Source: a virus (taxonomy: Duplodnaviria > Caudoviricetes). Taken from it: a stretch of 46,074 bases of DNA. The notes under the pieces were generated by a model, which did not search any database, was not told the origin of the DNA, and saw only the letters and a list, made by a program, of their open reading frames with translations. The stretch covers positions 1 through 46,074 of IMG/VR virus record IMGVR_UViG_3300024222_000034; one strand, given 5' to 3'. The translations under genes were made by a program, and so were the position numbers. Positions 1-7,902 of this stretch are shown piece by piece. Within the stretch, counting starts at the first letter, position 1. Every line of letters starts with the position of its first letter.

Positions 1-12
1 TATTGCGGGTGA

Positions 13-138
13 TGTTAAAATGTTCTGGTATCCCGTCAGGGCCAATCTCAAATATTGTCGCATCATCCATTACAACATCACCCGCAATAGGCTCAAGCAA
101 ATGAACGCTGTCGGGGCTAATTGTAAATTTTTGTTCAG
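13..138. repeat. Terminal direct repeat, 126 bp (left copy): circular assembly overlap
   Basis: Identical to 45949-46074; a - strand ORF reads in frame across the joined ends. Confidence 0.95.
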
Positions 139-295
139 GATGCCCATTCCAAAGAATTGACTCATAATCAAATTCAAAATCTACCGGCTCTGGGTGGTCC
201 ACAAAAGCATAATCAAGAAACCGCATACCAAACTTTTGCTCCATATACGCCGCAACGACTGGCTCTCTGTAAAAATAGAGTTTCGTTATTTTCAT
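13..295 (-). CDS. Hypothetical protein (~115 aa) spanning the circular junction, 5' part; continues at 45948 to stop at 45884
   Basis: Manual translation [29 protein letters not shown]...GVPFMRPESE*; ATGA overlap with the upstream NrdR-like gene and TAATG coupling to the ninB-like gene. Confidence 0.8.
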
Positions 296-540
296 TCTCC
301 CATCTCCTCAAAATCATACTCTGTTTGTATTAACTCAAAAATCTTATGCACTAATCGCTTTTCTTTCGCCCCCTCGGATTGAGAAGGAAGCATATCTGTA
401 GCTATCTCGTAAGTCGTCCACCTATGGCCGCATTTCTTCTGTAAACATTTACGCCTTCGCCTTATAGAATCGCCTTCAGTAGTAGAATCACGGCTATCAT
501 ACACCATGTTGTTATCGCGTGAGCAGGCAGGGCATTTCAT
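292..540 (-). CDS. NrdR-like zinc-ribbon protein (N-terminal domain only, no ATP-cone)
   Basis: MKCPAC...VYDSR...SIRRRRKC...C..RWTTYE matches the NrdR N-terminal signature; only 82 aa. Confidence 0.85.
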   Translation of the reverse strand: MKCPACSRDNNMVYDSRDSTTEGDSIRRRRKCLQKKCGHRWTTYEIATDMLPSQSEGAKEKRLVHKIFELIQTEYDFEEMGE

Positions 541-704
541 TTCCCCTCCGTTAAATAAATAATCGGCGCAGGCACGGCTATTTTAGAGCTTACAATCTCA
601 CGGCAATCATGCAGCATTACGCCATGCCCGATAAAGTAGCCCAGTGAATAAAACACAATAGAAAGCGCAACCAGCGTTATTGTGATTATGAGTTTGTGTT
701 GCAT
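537..704 (-). CDS. Small membrane protein (55 aa)
   Basis: Manual translation [26 protein letters not shown]...; hydrophobic N-terminus; coupled to both neighbours. Confidence 0.6.
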   Translation of the reverse strand: MQHKLIITITLVALSIVFYSLGYFIGHGVMLHDCREIVSSKIAVPAPIIYLTEGK

Positions 705-814
705 TATGCGGCTTTCGGTTTAGAATTATCATTAGCAACCGCGCCAGAATAAACCCACTTTCCCCGCAAGCGAACAAAGCCTAACTCAACTAATGTTTTT
801 TCTTGTGTGGTCAT
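704..814 (-). CDS. Small hypothetical protein (36 aa) ending in an ANDN motif
   Basis: MTTQEKTLVELGFVRLRGKWVYSGAVANDNSKPKAA; GGAG upstream; TAATG coupling. Confidence 0.5.
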   Translation of the reverse strand: MTTQEKTLVELGFVRLRGKWVYSGAVANDNSKPKAA

Positions 815-847
815 CTGCCATCTCCATCTTAGGGTTATAAATTATAT

Positions 848-1189
848 TTATACTAGGTTGAGTGGGTTGTCAACAGTTAAGTTTATATCATTGAAGCCAT
901 AGGGTTTTCGTAGCTCCTCTATGGCTTCATAATCCGGGTGGCGATAATTAAGCATCCAACTAGGGAATTTTGTTAACTTGCCATTTTTTGTCGCCCTCAC
1001 GGATGTATCAATATCTGGTTGGTTAGTATAAGTAGCATCGTACTGCTCCAGTAAATCGGCCATCTTTCCCTGCCACTCATCCGGCATTTCGTGCATTAAA
1101 ACCCTCGGCAGGGTTAAAAAGCTGGCGCGAGATAACCCGAACCATCCCCACAGCTTTCCGTGGCCTTCGTTGTTTATTGCATCAGTCAT
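848..1189 (-). CDS. Conserved phage hypothetical protein
   Basis: AGGAG SD; WFGLSRASFLTLPRVLMHEMPDEWQ resembles a recurrent phage hypothetical family. Confidence 0.75.
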   Translation of the reverse strand: MTDAINNEGHGKLWGWFGLSRASFLTLPRVLMHEMPDEWQGKMADLLEQYDATYTNQPDIDTSVRATKNGKLTKFPSWMLNYRHPDYEAIEELRKPYGFNDINLTVDNPLNLV

Positions 1190-1254
1190 GCGCTATCTCC
1201 TGTTTGTTGGGTTAAGCATAGTAATATAATCAAGTTTACCATAGGCAATAATCC

Positions 1255-1632
1255 GCTTTCCGTATAACCCCTGCCCCCTACCTTCGGGCAATACGGATTG
1301 AGGGTGTAACTATCTAAAAACGTTTACCTTGACTGTTTTTTATAGTGAACCATTAACACTCCCCTGCCCTGAAACTCTATCAGGCTCTTGCAGTACGTTC
1401 GTCAAGATATGCCCCCACTCGTTACAGCTTCGGGCGGTGCGGAAACCCCATTGCTGGGAAAAGACACCCGTTTTCCTATAACAGTTCTGTCTTCGGCGTT
1501 TGTTAAGGCCGGGAGCAGCAGATAAAAACACATTGATTTTTTATGCACATTATGCAAAGGTATCAAGTATCTATTCAGGACTGCTGCTACAGACTGAATA
1601 AGCCCCCGGTAGAACCATCTATGCGGGGGCAT
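1255..1632. other. Hairpin-dense non-coding region (candidate ncRNA or replication origin)
   Basis: At least 8 inverted repeats; overlapping ORF calls look spurious. Confidence 0.5.
1538..1566 (-). promoter_or_regulatory. Putative sigma70 promoter TTGATA-N17-TAAAAA with a TGCA-N5-TGCA inverted repeat in the spacer
   Basis: Near-consensus hexamers with 17-bp spacing, pointing into the structured region. Confidence 0.4.
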
Positions 1633-1642
1633 CAACACCTAA

Positions 1643-1879
1643 TCATACTTTCTTATCTTTTGCAAGTTTGTTTTTCTTGTAAACGATATTTTTCGGACTT
1701 TGCGGGTGGATTATCTGGCTGATGCTCACCGCGCTATTCGCTGGCTTTTGTATTTGCAAAGCTGCTTCCCTTGCGGTTTCGTAGTCACCCTCCACCACCT
1801 TAACAACCCTTCCAGTACCGTCTGGTAGCTGCCATTCTATTATAAGCCATATTTGTTTCATAGCCAGAATTCCCACCAT
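1643..1879 (-). CDS. Hypothetical protein (probable start MKQIW at ~1861)
   Basis: Part of a tightly coupled - strand operon. Confidence 0.6.
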   Translation of the reverse strand: MVGILAMKQIWLIIEWQLPDGTGRVVKVVEGDYETAREAALQIQKPANSAVSISQIIHPQSPKNIVYKKNKLAKDKKV

Positions 1880-2214
1880 TTACGCTTAGGTTTTTGTGTG
1901 AAAAATTTACCGCTTTTGCCGCACTGCTGTTCTAATTTTCTAGCCCCCGTTGCATAATACCAAGAAATAGGGGGTTTTTTGTTTTTGCCAGTAACAAAGA
2001 ATTCTTCGGCAGGCTTTGTCTGGTCAGTAAACCTTTCTATTTCATCTTTGTTCCACGGCAAAGAGGGGCATACACAATATCCGTGCCTATCTCTGTACCA
2101 TTTACAATCCTTACAGAATTTTACTAAAGCGTCATCCATAAAACCTCCCATTCTTAGCCTCATACGCATCAAGCTCATCTTCCTGAGCCTTAGATAGGTA
2201 AATACCCTTACCAC
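1858..2214 (-). CDS. Cys-containing hypothetical protein (probable start MDDALVKFCKDCKWY at ~2139)
   Basis: CKDC..C.CP..CGKSGKFF pattern common in phage proteins; GGAGG SD before MDDA. Confidence 0.7.
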   Translation of the reverse strand: MVRVFTYLRLRKMSLMRMRLRMGGFMDDALVKFCKDCKWYRDRHGYCVCPSLPWNKDEIERFTDQTKPAEEFFVTGKNKKPPISWYYATGARKLEQQCGKSGKFFTQKPKRKWWEFWL

Positions 2215-2530
2215 GCTTCCATGCCCACGATTTGAGGATTAGGAGGGGGTCTGGGGTGTTCTTCTTGGTTATGGTTTTTGCGATACCACGTTTATCCCTA
2301 GCCGCCAGCACTGCATTGGTAAAATAGCTGAATGTCCTTATACCTTTCTTTTTCTTAAAGATTTCCTCCATTGTAGGCAATATATCATCTTCTATAAGGC
2401 ATCCTTCATTAACCCACATATACACGGTAGAAATGTCAGCCGTTACCATGCAGGGGGATTTATCAATAACAAGGTCAAGCACCTTCTTGATGTTCGGCGC
2501 GGCTCTTTGTGGGGTTTCGTGGATGAGCAT
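2132..2530 (-). CDS. Putative replication-related protein (stand-alone DnaD-like / initiator C-terminal domain)
   Basis: W..EGC..EDDILP...IRTFSYF..AV..AR resembles the C-terminal motif of proteobacterial phage replication initiators. Confidence 0.45.
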   Translation of the reverse strand: MLIHETPQRAAPNIKKVLDLVIDKSPCMVTADISTVYMWVNEGCLIEDDILPTMEEIFKKKKGIRTFSYFTNAVLAARDKRGIAKTITKKNTPDPLLILKSWAWKRGKGIYLSKAQEDELDAYEAKNGRFYG

Positions 2531-2790
2531 TAAGCTACGGCTTCTGTTTGTGGTGGTTTAGTACGCTCCTTTGGCCTTCTCGTTTTAAATGCCCGTTTAT
2601 TCTTAGTCATCGCGTGCTCGGCGCATAAATCAGAGCAAAAAATTAAAACTCTTTGGTGGTTATAATCGAAGAACGGCATAAGGCCAATTTCATGAGCCGC
2701 CCTAATTATATCGCAAGCCATCTGAGGCTCAGCAGAAGGAGACGGCAAACGCTTCCTGCAAGTCCAGCACTGGAGAATAATACCATTCAT
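2530..2790 (-). CDS. Zn-finger hypothetical protein
   Basis: CWTC ... FCSDLC; coupled ORF. Confidence 0.65.
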   Translation of the reverse strand: MNGIILQCWTCRKRLPSPSAEPQMACDIIRAAHEIGLMPFFDYNHQRVLIFCSDLCAEHAMTKNKRAFKTRRPKERTKPPQTEAVA

Positions 2791-3152
2791 TAAACAAGCT
2801 CCACTTTAATTCCGGTCTTGGCTTGCACTAATTTTCTTTTCAGCCTACTCATGGGGTTGTCCATGCCCTTGGAATCTTCTATTACTTGCTGTCTGATGGT
2901 TTTGTCAAAATACCAAAAATCTAATTTTACCTTACAAATGAATATACCATTCAGCGTTATATCATAAGTAGGTTGCGTTCTAAGTCCAGAAATCTCCCCA
3001 GCTTTTTCGCGTAGCTTTAAAAGAGAATATCTAGCAGCCTCACGTTTTGATGCAAACAACACCCCGTCAACTTTCGTCTTTATTGCCCCGTATTTGCTAC
3101 GTTTCGGCTTCTTTGCGAGCTTGCGGTATTCCTGAAGGGAGAGGGTGGTCAT
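2790..3152 (-). CDS. DUF1064-family (PD-(D/E)xK) endonuclease / putative resolvase
   Basis: SKYGAIKTKVDG..FASKREAARY..L...QP.Y...LDF.Y.....IEDSKG; start moved to MTTLS for ATGA overlap. Confidence 0.85.
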   Translation of the reverse strand: MTTLSLQEYRKLAKKPKRSKYGAIKTKVDGVLFASKREAARYSLLKLREKAGEISGLRTQPTYDITLNGIFICKVKLDFWYFDKTIRQQVIEDSKGMDNPMSRLKRKLVQAKTGIKVELV

Positions 3153-3466
3153 TGTTTTGTAGACTTCTTTCTGCGATAATAGGAACTCATATATTTGCTG
3201 AGCTTTACCCTGTGTATTTCGCAAAACCTACCACCAGTATCATGCGGGGTGCCGCAATAAACGCATTGCCCGTTATCTTTCCTTTTTTTATAGCGTTTTT
3301 TACGTCTTTTACTGTTTGCTTTCGTATGTCTTATGCAAAAGTTTGTATTTACAATATTTTTATCACCGCAAATCGCGCACGCCCTCTCTGCTTTTTTCCG
3401 CAGTTGGTACTTTCTCTGGCGGGATACAGGAAATGAAGAAAATTCATCCGTAATCATATTATACAA
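3149..3466 (-). CDS. Basic tandem zinc-finger DNA-binding protein
   Basis: Two CxxCG...FCxxH units, very Lys/Arg rich. Confidence 0.75.
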   Translation of the reverse strand: MYNMITDEFSSFPVSRQRKYQLRKKAERACAICGDKNIVNTNFCIRHTKANSKRRKKRYKKRKDNGQCVYCGTPHDTGGRFCEIHRVKLSKYMSSYYRRKKSTKQ

Positions 3467-3686
3467 AATCGTTTGCGGTTACTTTGCCGTTCTTTTTAGC
3501 AGCGTATTTCCTCTTCAATTTATTCAGGCTCGCCCTGTTATAAAGCTTCAGGTTATTCATTGTATGGACAGGAGCGGGGATTTCCATTCCCTTAACTTTG
3601 CCGTTCACTATATTATAGAAATAAGTGTGCGATATGCCGATGTAACCGGCTGCCTCGCTTGCGTTTAAAAGATTTTTGATATTCAT
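3459..3686 (-). CDS. AlpA/excisionase-like HTH DNA-binding protein
   Basis: LLNASEAAGYIGISHTYFYNIV...IPAP...LY; start at MNIKN with AGGA SD; ends VTANDFV. Confidence 0.8.
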   Translation of the reverse strand: MNIKNLLNASEAAGYIGISHTYFYNIVNGKVKGMEIPAPVHTMNNLKLYNRASLNKLKRKYAAKKNGKVTANDFV

Positions 3687-3697
3687 ATATTTTCCTG

Positions 3698-3726
3698 TTG
3701 ACAACTCCGTAAACCTAGCCTATAAC
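3698..3726 (+). promoter_or_regulatory. Strong sigma70 promoter TTGACA-N17-TATAAC for the rightward early operon
   Basis: Consensus -35, near-consensus -10, 17-bp spacer, located at the strand switch. Confidence 0.85.
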
Positions 3727-3730
3727 ATAA

Positions 3731-3759
3731 TTCATAGCAGATGTTCACGATGTAGTCAA
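3731..3759 (-). promoter_or_regulatory. Leftward sigma70 promoter TTGACT-N17-TATGAA (extended -10 TG)
   Basis: Face-to-face with the rightward promoter; would drive the HTH operon. Confidence 0.55.
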
Positions 3760-3807
3760 TATCTGTTTACATACGCTACGGATTACATCAATAACTAAGG
3801 AGGGTTT

Positions 3808-3957
3808 ATGTTGTTAAGAGATAATTACATGCGTCTAGCTGAACTGCGAGTACGGCAGTTGCAAGAAAAGGTACTCGACCAGAATCTTTCCAATGAAGAA
3901 ATAGCGGAACGGGATAAACTCACGAAGGAATTATCTGAAATGCAGAAGGAGGATTAA
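3808..3957 (+). CDS. Small coiled-coil hypothetical protein (49 aa)
   Basis: AAGGAGG SD; MLLRDNYMRLAELRVRQLQEK... Confidence 0.7.
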   Translation: MLLRDNYMRLAELRVRQLQEKVLDQNLSNEEIAERDKLTKELSEMQKED

Positions 3958-3959
3958 TC

Positions 3960-4181
3960 ATGAAAAAGCGCACAAAGAAAACAGGAAACCAAAGGGTGCT
4001 TGAGCTTTTGCGGAAACGCAGGAATATCGGAGTGAGTTTTTCAGACTTCGGTGCTGGTTTCAGGCTAAGCTCAGTTATCCATGTACTCCGCCACAAATGG
4101 AACATTACAATCCATAGCAGGATGGAATACATACCAGAGCTTAATACCTCTATAGCGCATTATATTTTAGTGAAGGAGTAG
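3960..4181 (+). CDS. Winged-HTH DNA-binding protein
   Basis: QRVLELL...G.GFRLSSVIHVLRHKWNI...AHY.L pattern; AGGAGG SD. Confidence 0.7.
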   Translation: MKKRTKKTGNQRVLELLRKRRNIGVSFSDFGAGFRLSSVIHVLRHKWNITIHSRMEYIPELNTSIAHYILVKE

Positions 4182-4185
4182 GATT

Positions 4186-4368
4186 ATGGGATTAGTTAAA
4201 AATGCTTTCCATGATGAGATAGGGCAACGTGCTTTGTTTGCCAGAGATAGCGAGCTTTCAGAGGATGAGGCGTTTGAGATTTTAAGCTGCGAAGGAGTGG
4301 ATGAAATAACATGGTCGCAATCGCTAAATAATGATTATGCTCGATGGATGTATTTTAACCTTAAATAG
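4186..4368 (+). CDS. Hypothetical protein
   Basis: SD and operon position; MG.VK....DEI start common in phage early genes. Confidence 0.65.
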   Translation: MGLVKNAFHDEIGQRALFARDSELSEDEAFEILSCEGVDEITWSQSLNNDYARWMYFNLK

Positions 4369-4376
4369 GAGCTTTT

Positions 4377-4628
4377 ATGGCAAAAGAAAACAAAGAAGTA
4401 ACCGAGCGTATGCGGGAAGATATAGAGGGTGAATTGGTTGATGTTTCGCAAACCAAGGCAGATATTAATTATTACGCCATAACATTATTAAGTGCATTCA
4501 ACGCTGGCCGGAAGATTTCGATTGAGCGGGTTGATACGGAAGAGGCAAAGCAAAGAATATCAGAATTGCTCGACGACCTATTCCACCCAGTAACTAAAGA
4601 ACTTAACAACCGTTTGGAGGATTTATGA
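4377..4628 (+). CDS. Hypothetical protein
   Basis: AGGAG SD; coupled. Confidence 0.7.
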   Translation: MAKENKEVTERMREDIEGELVDVSQTKADINYYAITLLSAFNAGRKISIERVDTEEAKQRISELLDDLFHPVTKELNNRLEDL

Positions 4629-4804
4629 ACGACAACAACGCACCAATCATTTTTGACATGAGCAACGGAGTAACCGAGAGTGGCTGTAATGATTTAATAG
4701 GACTGCTGACACAACGCTCTATAGAAGCCCTGCAATCTGATTTAGCGCGCCAAGGAAGACCACCGGCAACCCCTGAGCAGATAAAGAAAGTGTTCGGTAT
4801 ATGA
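4625..4804 (+). CDS. Hypothetical protein (59 aa)
   Basis: Manual translation MNDNNAPIIFDMSNG...KKVFGI*; GGAGG SD; ATGA overlaps. Confidence 0.6.
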   Translation: MNDNNAPIIFDMSNGVTESGCNDLIGLLTQRSIEALQSDLARQGRPPATPEQIKKVFGI

Positions 4805-4910
4805 AAGAACTAACCAAATACTCTAATAACATAGCTGCCCATGTTTTATGGATAGGGCTTGTTATGCTTACGGTAGAGATAGCTTTAATGTATCATTGTT
4901 GGGGGCGTGT

Positions 4911-5105
4911 ATGATGATTGAAATCACAGCAACCAACAAAGAATCGGCCAATGTAGAAGAAATCGCATCAGAAATTGGATGGCTTCTTAATACAACATAC
5001 TCTTATGATGTAAGAACAATCTTTGGCAAGGAAAAATCACATAAATCTCACGCAGAGGCTAGAGGTAATTGCTTAATTAGCATAAGTAAGGAACAAAGAA
5101 AATGA
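4911..5105 (+). CDS. Hypothetical protein (start MMIEIT)
   Basis: ATGA coupling to a 37-aa membrane ORF at 4801-4914. Confidence 0.55.
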   Translation: MMIEITATNKESANVEEIASEIGWLLNTTYSYDVRTIFGKEKSHKSHAEARGNCLISISKEQRK

Positions 5106-5128
5106 CCAGCGGATAAGGATGGGGGGAA

Positions 5129-5311
5129 GTGATGAGCCGTTTAAGACGTTTTTATATAAAGTATTTGAAACCACGCCCCGGCCCGTTCCAAGGCAATGAT
5201 AACTGGATGGCAGAACTTATAGAATGGTGCGCTATACGGATGGAAAACCATGAAATTTATATGTCAGGCTGGCACGATGACGCAACAAACACCTCACCCG
5301 CGAAAGGATGA
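5129..5311 (+). CDS. Hypothetical protein
   Basis: Operon position. Confidence 0.5.
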   Translation: MMSRLRRFYIKYLKPRPGPFQGNDNWMAELIEWCAIRMENHEIYMSGWHDDATNTSPAKG

Positions 5312-5556
5312 ATATGAACAACGTAACCAACATAAACGACCACAAAGAGCCTTCCCTTGACGACCCAGAGGTTAAGGTGGATATGGGGCAAGCTGGCTAT
5401 GCTGTTCGCGCCATAGGGCAGGATATAGATGCGCTTGAGCGGATGTTCGCAGACATCCCTAAACTTGTGGCTATAGACTATTCGGCTTTGGTTGAGAACC
5501 ACAACAGGCTAGCTGAAATTATCGTGCGTATTAACAAATTTATAAAAGGAGAGTAA
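5308..5556 (+). CDS. Hypothetical protein
   Basis: Coupled, directly upstream of ERF. Confidence 0.7.
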   Translation: MNMNNVTNINDHKEPSLDDPEVKVDMGQAGYAVRAIGQDIDALERMFADIPKLVAIDYSALVENHNRLAEIIVRINKFIKGE

Positions 5557-5557
5557 C

Positions 5558-6334
5558 ATGCAAGCAGCAACAACATTGGTAAAGAGTACCGAGCCGAGTA
5601 AAAAGGGCAAAGAGCCGGAGGCCGGTGGGAATGTTTACCAGCTTATTTCCCGCATCCAAGCGGCTTTGTCAAAGGAAGGCATCACAAAAGACCGTAGCAA
5701 CGTGCAGCAGGGGTATAAATTTAGGGGCATAGATGACGTTTTTAACGCCGTTGCCCCGTTATTATCTGAACACGGGCTGTGCGTCCTTCCTTTTGTTTTA
5801 GAGCGCCAAGTCGTAGAGAAACAATCAAAGAGCGGTGGGGTGCTGTTTTATGTGACTGTGCAGGTGCGGTTTGACTTCATAAGCTCGCATGACGGTAGCA
5901 AGCACGAAGTTATGATGTACGGTGAGGCAATGGACAGCGGGGATAAGGCCACAAACAAGGCGCTATCAGCGGCCTACAAGTATGCTTGCTTGCAAGCCTT
6001 TTCTATACCGACAGAAGGCGAGAATGATGCGGATGCAGTAACCCATGAAGTGCAAGCCACTCCTCCAGCCGCTTCCTACAAACCAAGCGACCCGTTGCGC
6101 CCCCATAAAGACGCTTATGTTATACCGGCATTAATCACGCCGGATGGGGGGTTGGATTTTGACACTTTCACAGGAGAATTGGAGGCGATGCTGGAAAACG
6201 CGAGAAATCCTAGTGATGTCGGCCTTATAAACCGCAGCAATGCAAAAACACTCAGGGCGATGCAAACGGAGCGTCCTGATTTGTTTGCTCACATTGGTAT
6301 TAAATTCCGTGAAACCGCTCAAGCACTAGCATAG
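5558..6334 (+). CDS. erf: ERF-family ssDNA annealing recombinase
   Basis: I.KDR.N.QQGYKFRGIDDV...GEAMDSGDKATNKA.SAAYKYA..Q.F.IPTEG..DAD. Confidence 0.92.
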   Translation: MQAATTLVKSTEPSKKGKEPEAGGNVYQLISRIQAALSKEGITKDRSNVQQGYKFRGIDDVFNAVAPLLSEHGLCVLPFVLERQVVEKQSKSGGVLFYVTVQVRFDFISSHDGSKHEVMMYGEAMDSGDKATNKALSAAYKYACLQAFSIPTEGENDADAVTHEVQATPPAASYKPSDPLRPHKDAYVIPALITPDGGLDFDTFTGELEAMLENARNPSDVGLINRSNAKTLRAMQTERPDLFAHIGIKFRETAQALA

Positions 6335-6342
6335 GAGGGATT

Positions 6343-7023
6343 ATGAACAATCTAGCATTGGTAACACAAGAAGACCCTAACGAAGTACGGCTACGTTCCA
6401 CGGCTCACGAACTCTGTGATGCGGCTGGAAATGTCATGATTATGACACGCGCCGATTTAAGCCATGCCACCGACCTTGTGAAAGCTATAAAGAACAGGGC
6501 GAAGGAAATAGAGGACGAGCGCACCCGTTTGGTAAAGCCCTTTAATGAGGGCGTGAAGGCTATTAATTCGCGTTTTAAAGCCATGACAGTGCCTCTTATG
6601 GAAGCTGAAGAGGCGGTAAAGGGGCACATGTTGGTTTTCCAAAAGGAAGAGGAAAAACGCGCACAGGAAGAAGCCACGAAACAAGAAAAGGCCAGATTAG
6701 AGGCCGCAGAGAAGCGCCGGAAGGAAGAAGAGGCTTTGGCTAAGGATTCTACGGTAGAGCGTCCCCTAGCCCCTCCCATTGCCCTAGAACCTATCGCCCC
6801 AGTGGTATCGCAGCATCGCCCTACAACCTATGGGCAAACGGGTGCGGTTAGCACCGTAAAGAAGCAATGGACATTCGAGTTGGTGGATATAATCGCGCTA
6901 GCACAGGCACGGCCTGACCTTGTGCAGGTGGATACGGTGAGGGTCAATCAAGAAATTCGTGGGCGGGGCGGCGATATAGCCGGATTGCGCGTTTACGAAA
7001 AAGAAATCATGCAAGTGAGGTAG
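6343..7023 (+). CDS. Coiled-coil recombination-associated protein (DUF1351-like)
   Basis: K.IEDER..LVKP...VKAIN..FK...; C-terminal W.FE.VD...PD.V.VD...IAGLRVYE. Confidence 0.65.
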   Translation: MNNLALVTQEDPNEVRLRSTAHELCDAAGNVMIMTRADLSHATDLVKAIKNRAKEIEDERTRLVKPFNEGVKAINSRFKAMTVPLMEAEEAVKGHMLVFQKEEEKRAQEEATKQEKARLEAAEKRRKEEEALAKDSTVERPLAPPIALEPIAPVVSQHRPTTYGQTGAVSTVKKQWTFELVDIIALAQARPDLVQVDTVRVNQEIRGRGGDIAGLRVYEKEIMQVR

Positions 7024-7025
7024 TT

Positions 7026-7259
7026 ATGGAAGGTCGTATTAACTTTTTTGAATGTGATGATAAATCAGGCAAGCGTCCGCACTACAAGGGTTATGTAACC
7101 ATAGGCGAGGAAGTACATGAATTTGCGGTATGGCCTGCTAAAAGCGGTAAGGGGTATTCTGGTAGTTACAAGCCAAAACAGCAGAAGCAAACTGAAACGC
7201 CAATGCTTGCCGAAAACCACCAACACCCGCCATTAGACGATGACGAAATTGTGTTTTAA
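7026..7259 (+). CDS. Small ssDNA-binding protein (DUF736-like)
   Basis: K.P.YKG.VTI......AVW..KSGK.YSG and acidic tail LDDDEIVF. Confidence 0.75.
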   Translation: MEGRINFFECDDKSGKRPHYKGYVTIGEEVHEFAVWPAKSGKGYSGSYKPKQQKQTETPMLAENHQHPPLDDDEIVF

Positions 7260-7325
7260 GGAAAACACTCTTACAAAGAGGAATATTACCTTGGCGCATA
7301 ACAGCGAGAATATTATGAAAGGAAG

Positions 7326-7580
7326 GTGTGTGTGAGCATTTTATGTACATTCGGAATACACAAATATATTGATGATACGCGGCCTATTTTAACAACGGAT
7401 GGGAAAACTTTGAAGGTTGATAAATTGGAAGTTTGTTGGTGCGAGCGGTGCCATAAATGCAGGGATTATGATAAGGAATATGCCCGCACAATATTAGAAC
7501 TTGCGGTGGCGACTTCAATACGACTTATAAACAGTCCGCCGCTTATGATGTCTAGTGAGGTAACGAGTAACAAGGATTAA
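7326..7580 (+). CDS. Hypothetical Zn-binding protein (DUF1660-like)
   Basis: LC.FGIHKY ... CERC. Confidence 0.55.
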   Translation: MCVSILCTFGIHKYIDDTRPILTTDGKTLKVDKLEVCWCERCHKCRDYDKEYARTILELAVATSIRLINSPPLMMSSEVTSNKD

Positions 7581-7591
7581 ACGGAGGGATA

Positions 7592-7732
7592 ATGAGCGAT
7601 AAAGCAGGCGAAATACTATTTTGGTTTGTTATATCTCCGATGGCGATAATTGCTGGTATTGTTGCATGGGGCGTATTGTTTAGGATGATTCATTCGCTAA
7701 TAACTAAGGGGTCTCTTTATGACAAAACCTAA
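7592..7732 (+). CDS. Small membrane protein (46 aa)
   Basis: GGAGG SD; one hydrophobic helix. Confidence 0.55.
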   Translation: MSDKAGEILFWFVISPMAIIAGIVAWGVLFRMIHSLITKGSLYDKT

Positions 7733-7901
7733 CGCCTCCGCATGGATAGAGCAGGTGCTGTTGCAGGAGTTGCAGAAGTGGCGAAAACAACAGGAAGAGC
7801 ACGCTCAGGTGCGTGTCCTCAAGCATACCAATGAGTGCTTCATGGCTATAACTGATGATATCATGGAATTCATCCTCTCCCATCAGGATGAGTGGAGGTA
7901 A
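7719..7901 (+). CDS. Hypothetical protein
   Basis: Operon position. Confidence 0.55.
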   Translation: MTKPNASAWIEQVLLQELQKWRKQQEEHAQVRVLKHTNECFMAITDDIMEFILSHQDEWR

Positions 7902-7902
7902 T

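Noticed and set aside
1-89. 16-bp perfect inverted repeat suggesting a hairpin telomere or invertible end
   Set aside because: The right-end copy has different upstream bases that keep the ORF intact; no protelomerase or invertase gene
590-602. 13-bp match CTTACAATCTCAC shared with ~42719-42731
   Set aside because: Single short match inside small ORFs (both encode EIV); compatible with chance
1340-1638. ORFs 1340-1531 and 1402-1638
   Set aside because: Overlap hairpins and a promoter-like element, lack SD and look non-globular; treated as non-coding, though not excluded
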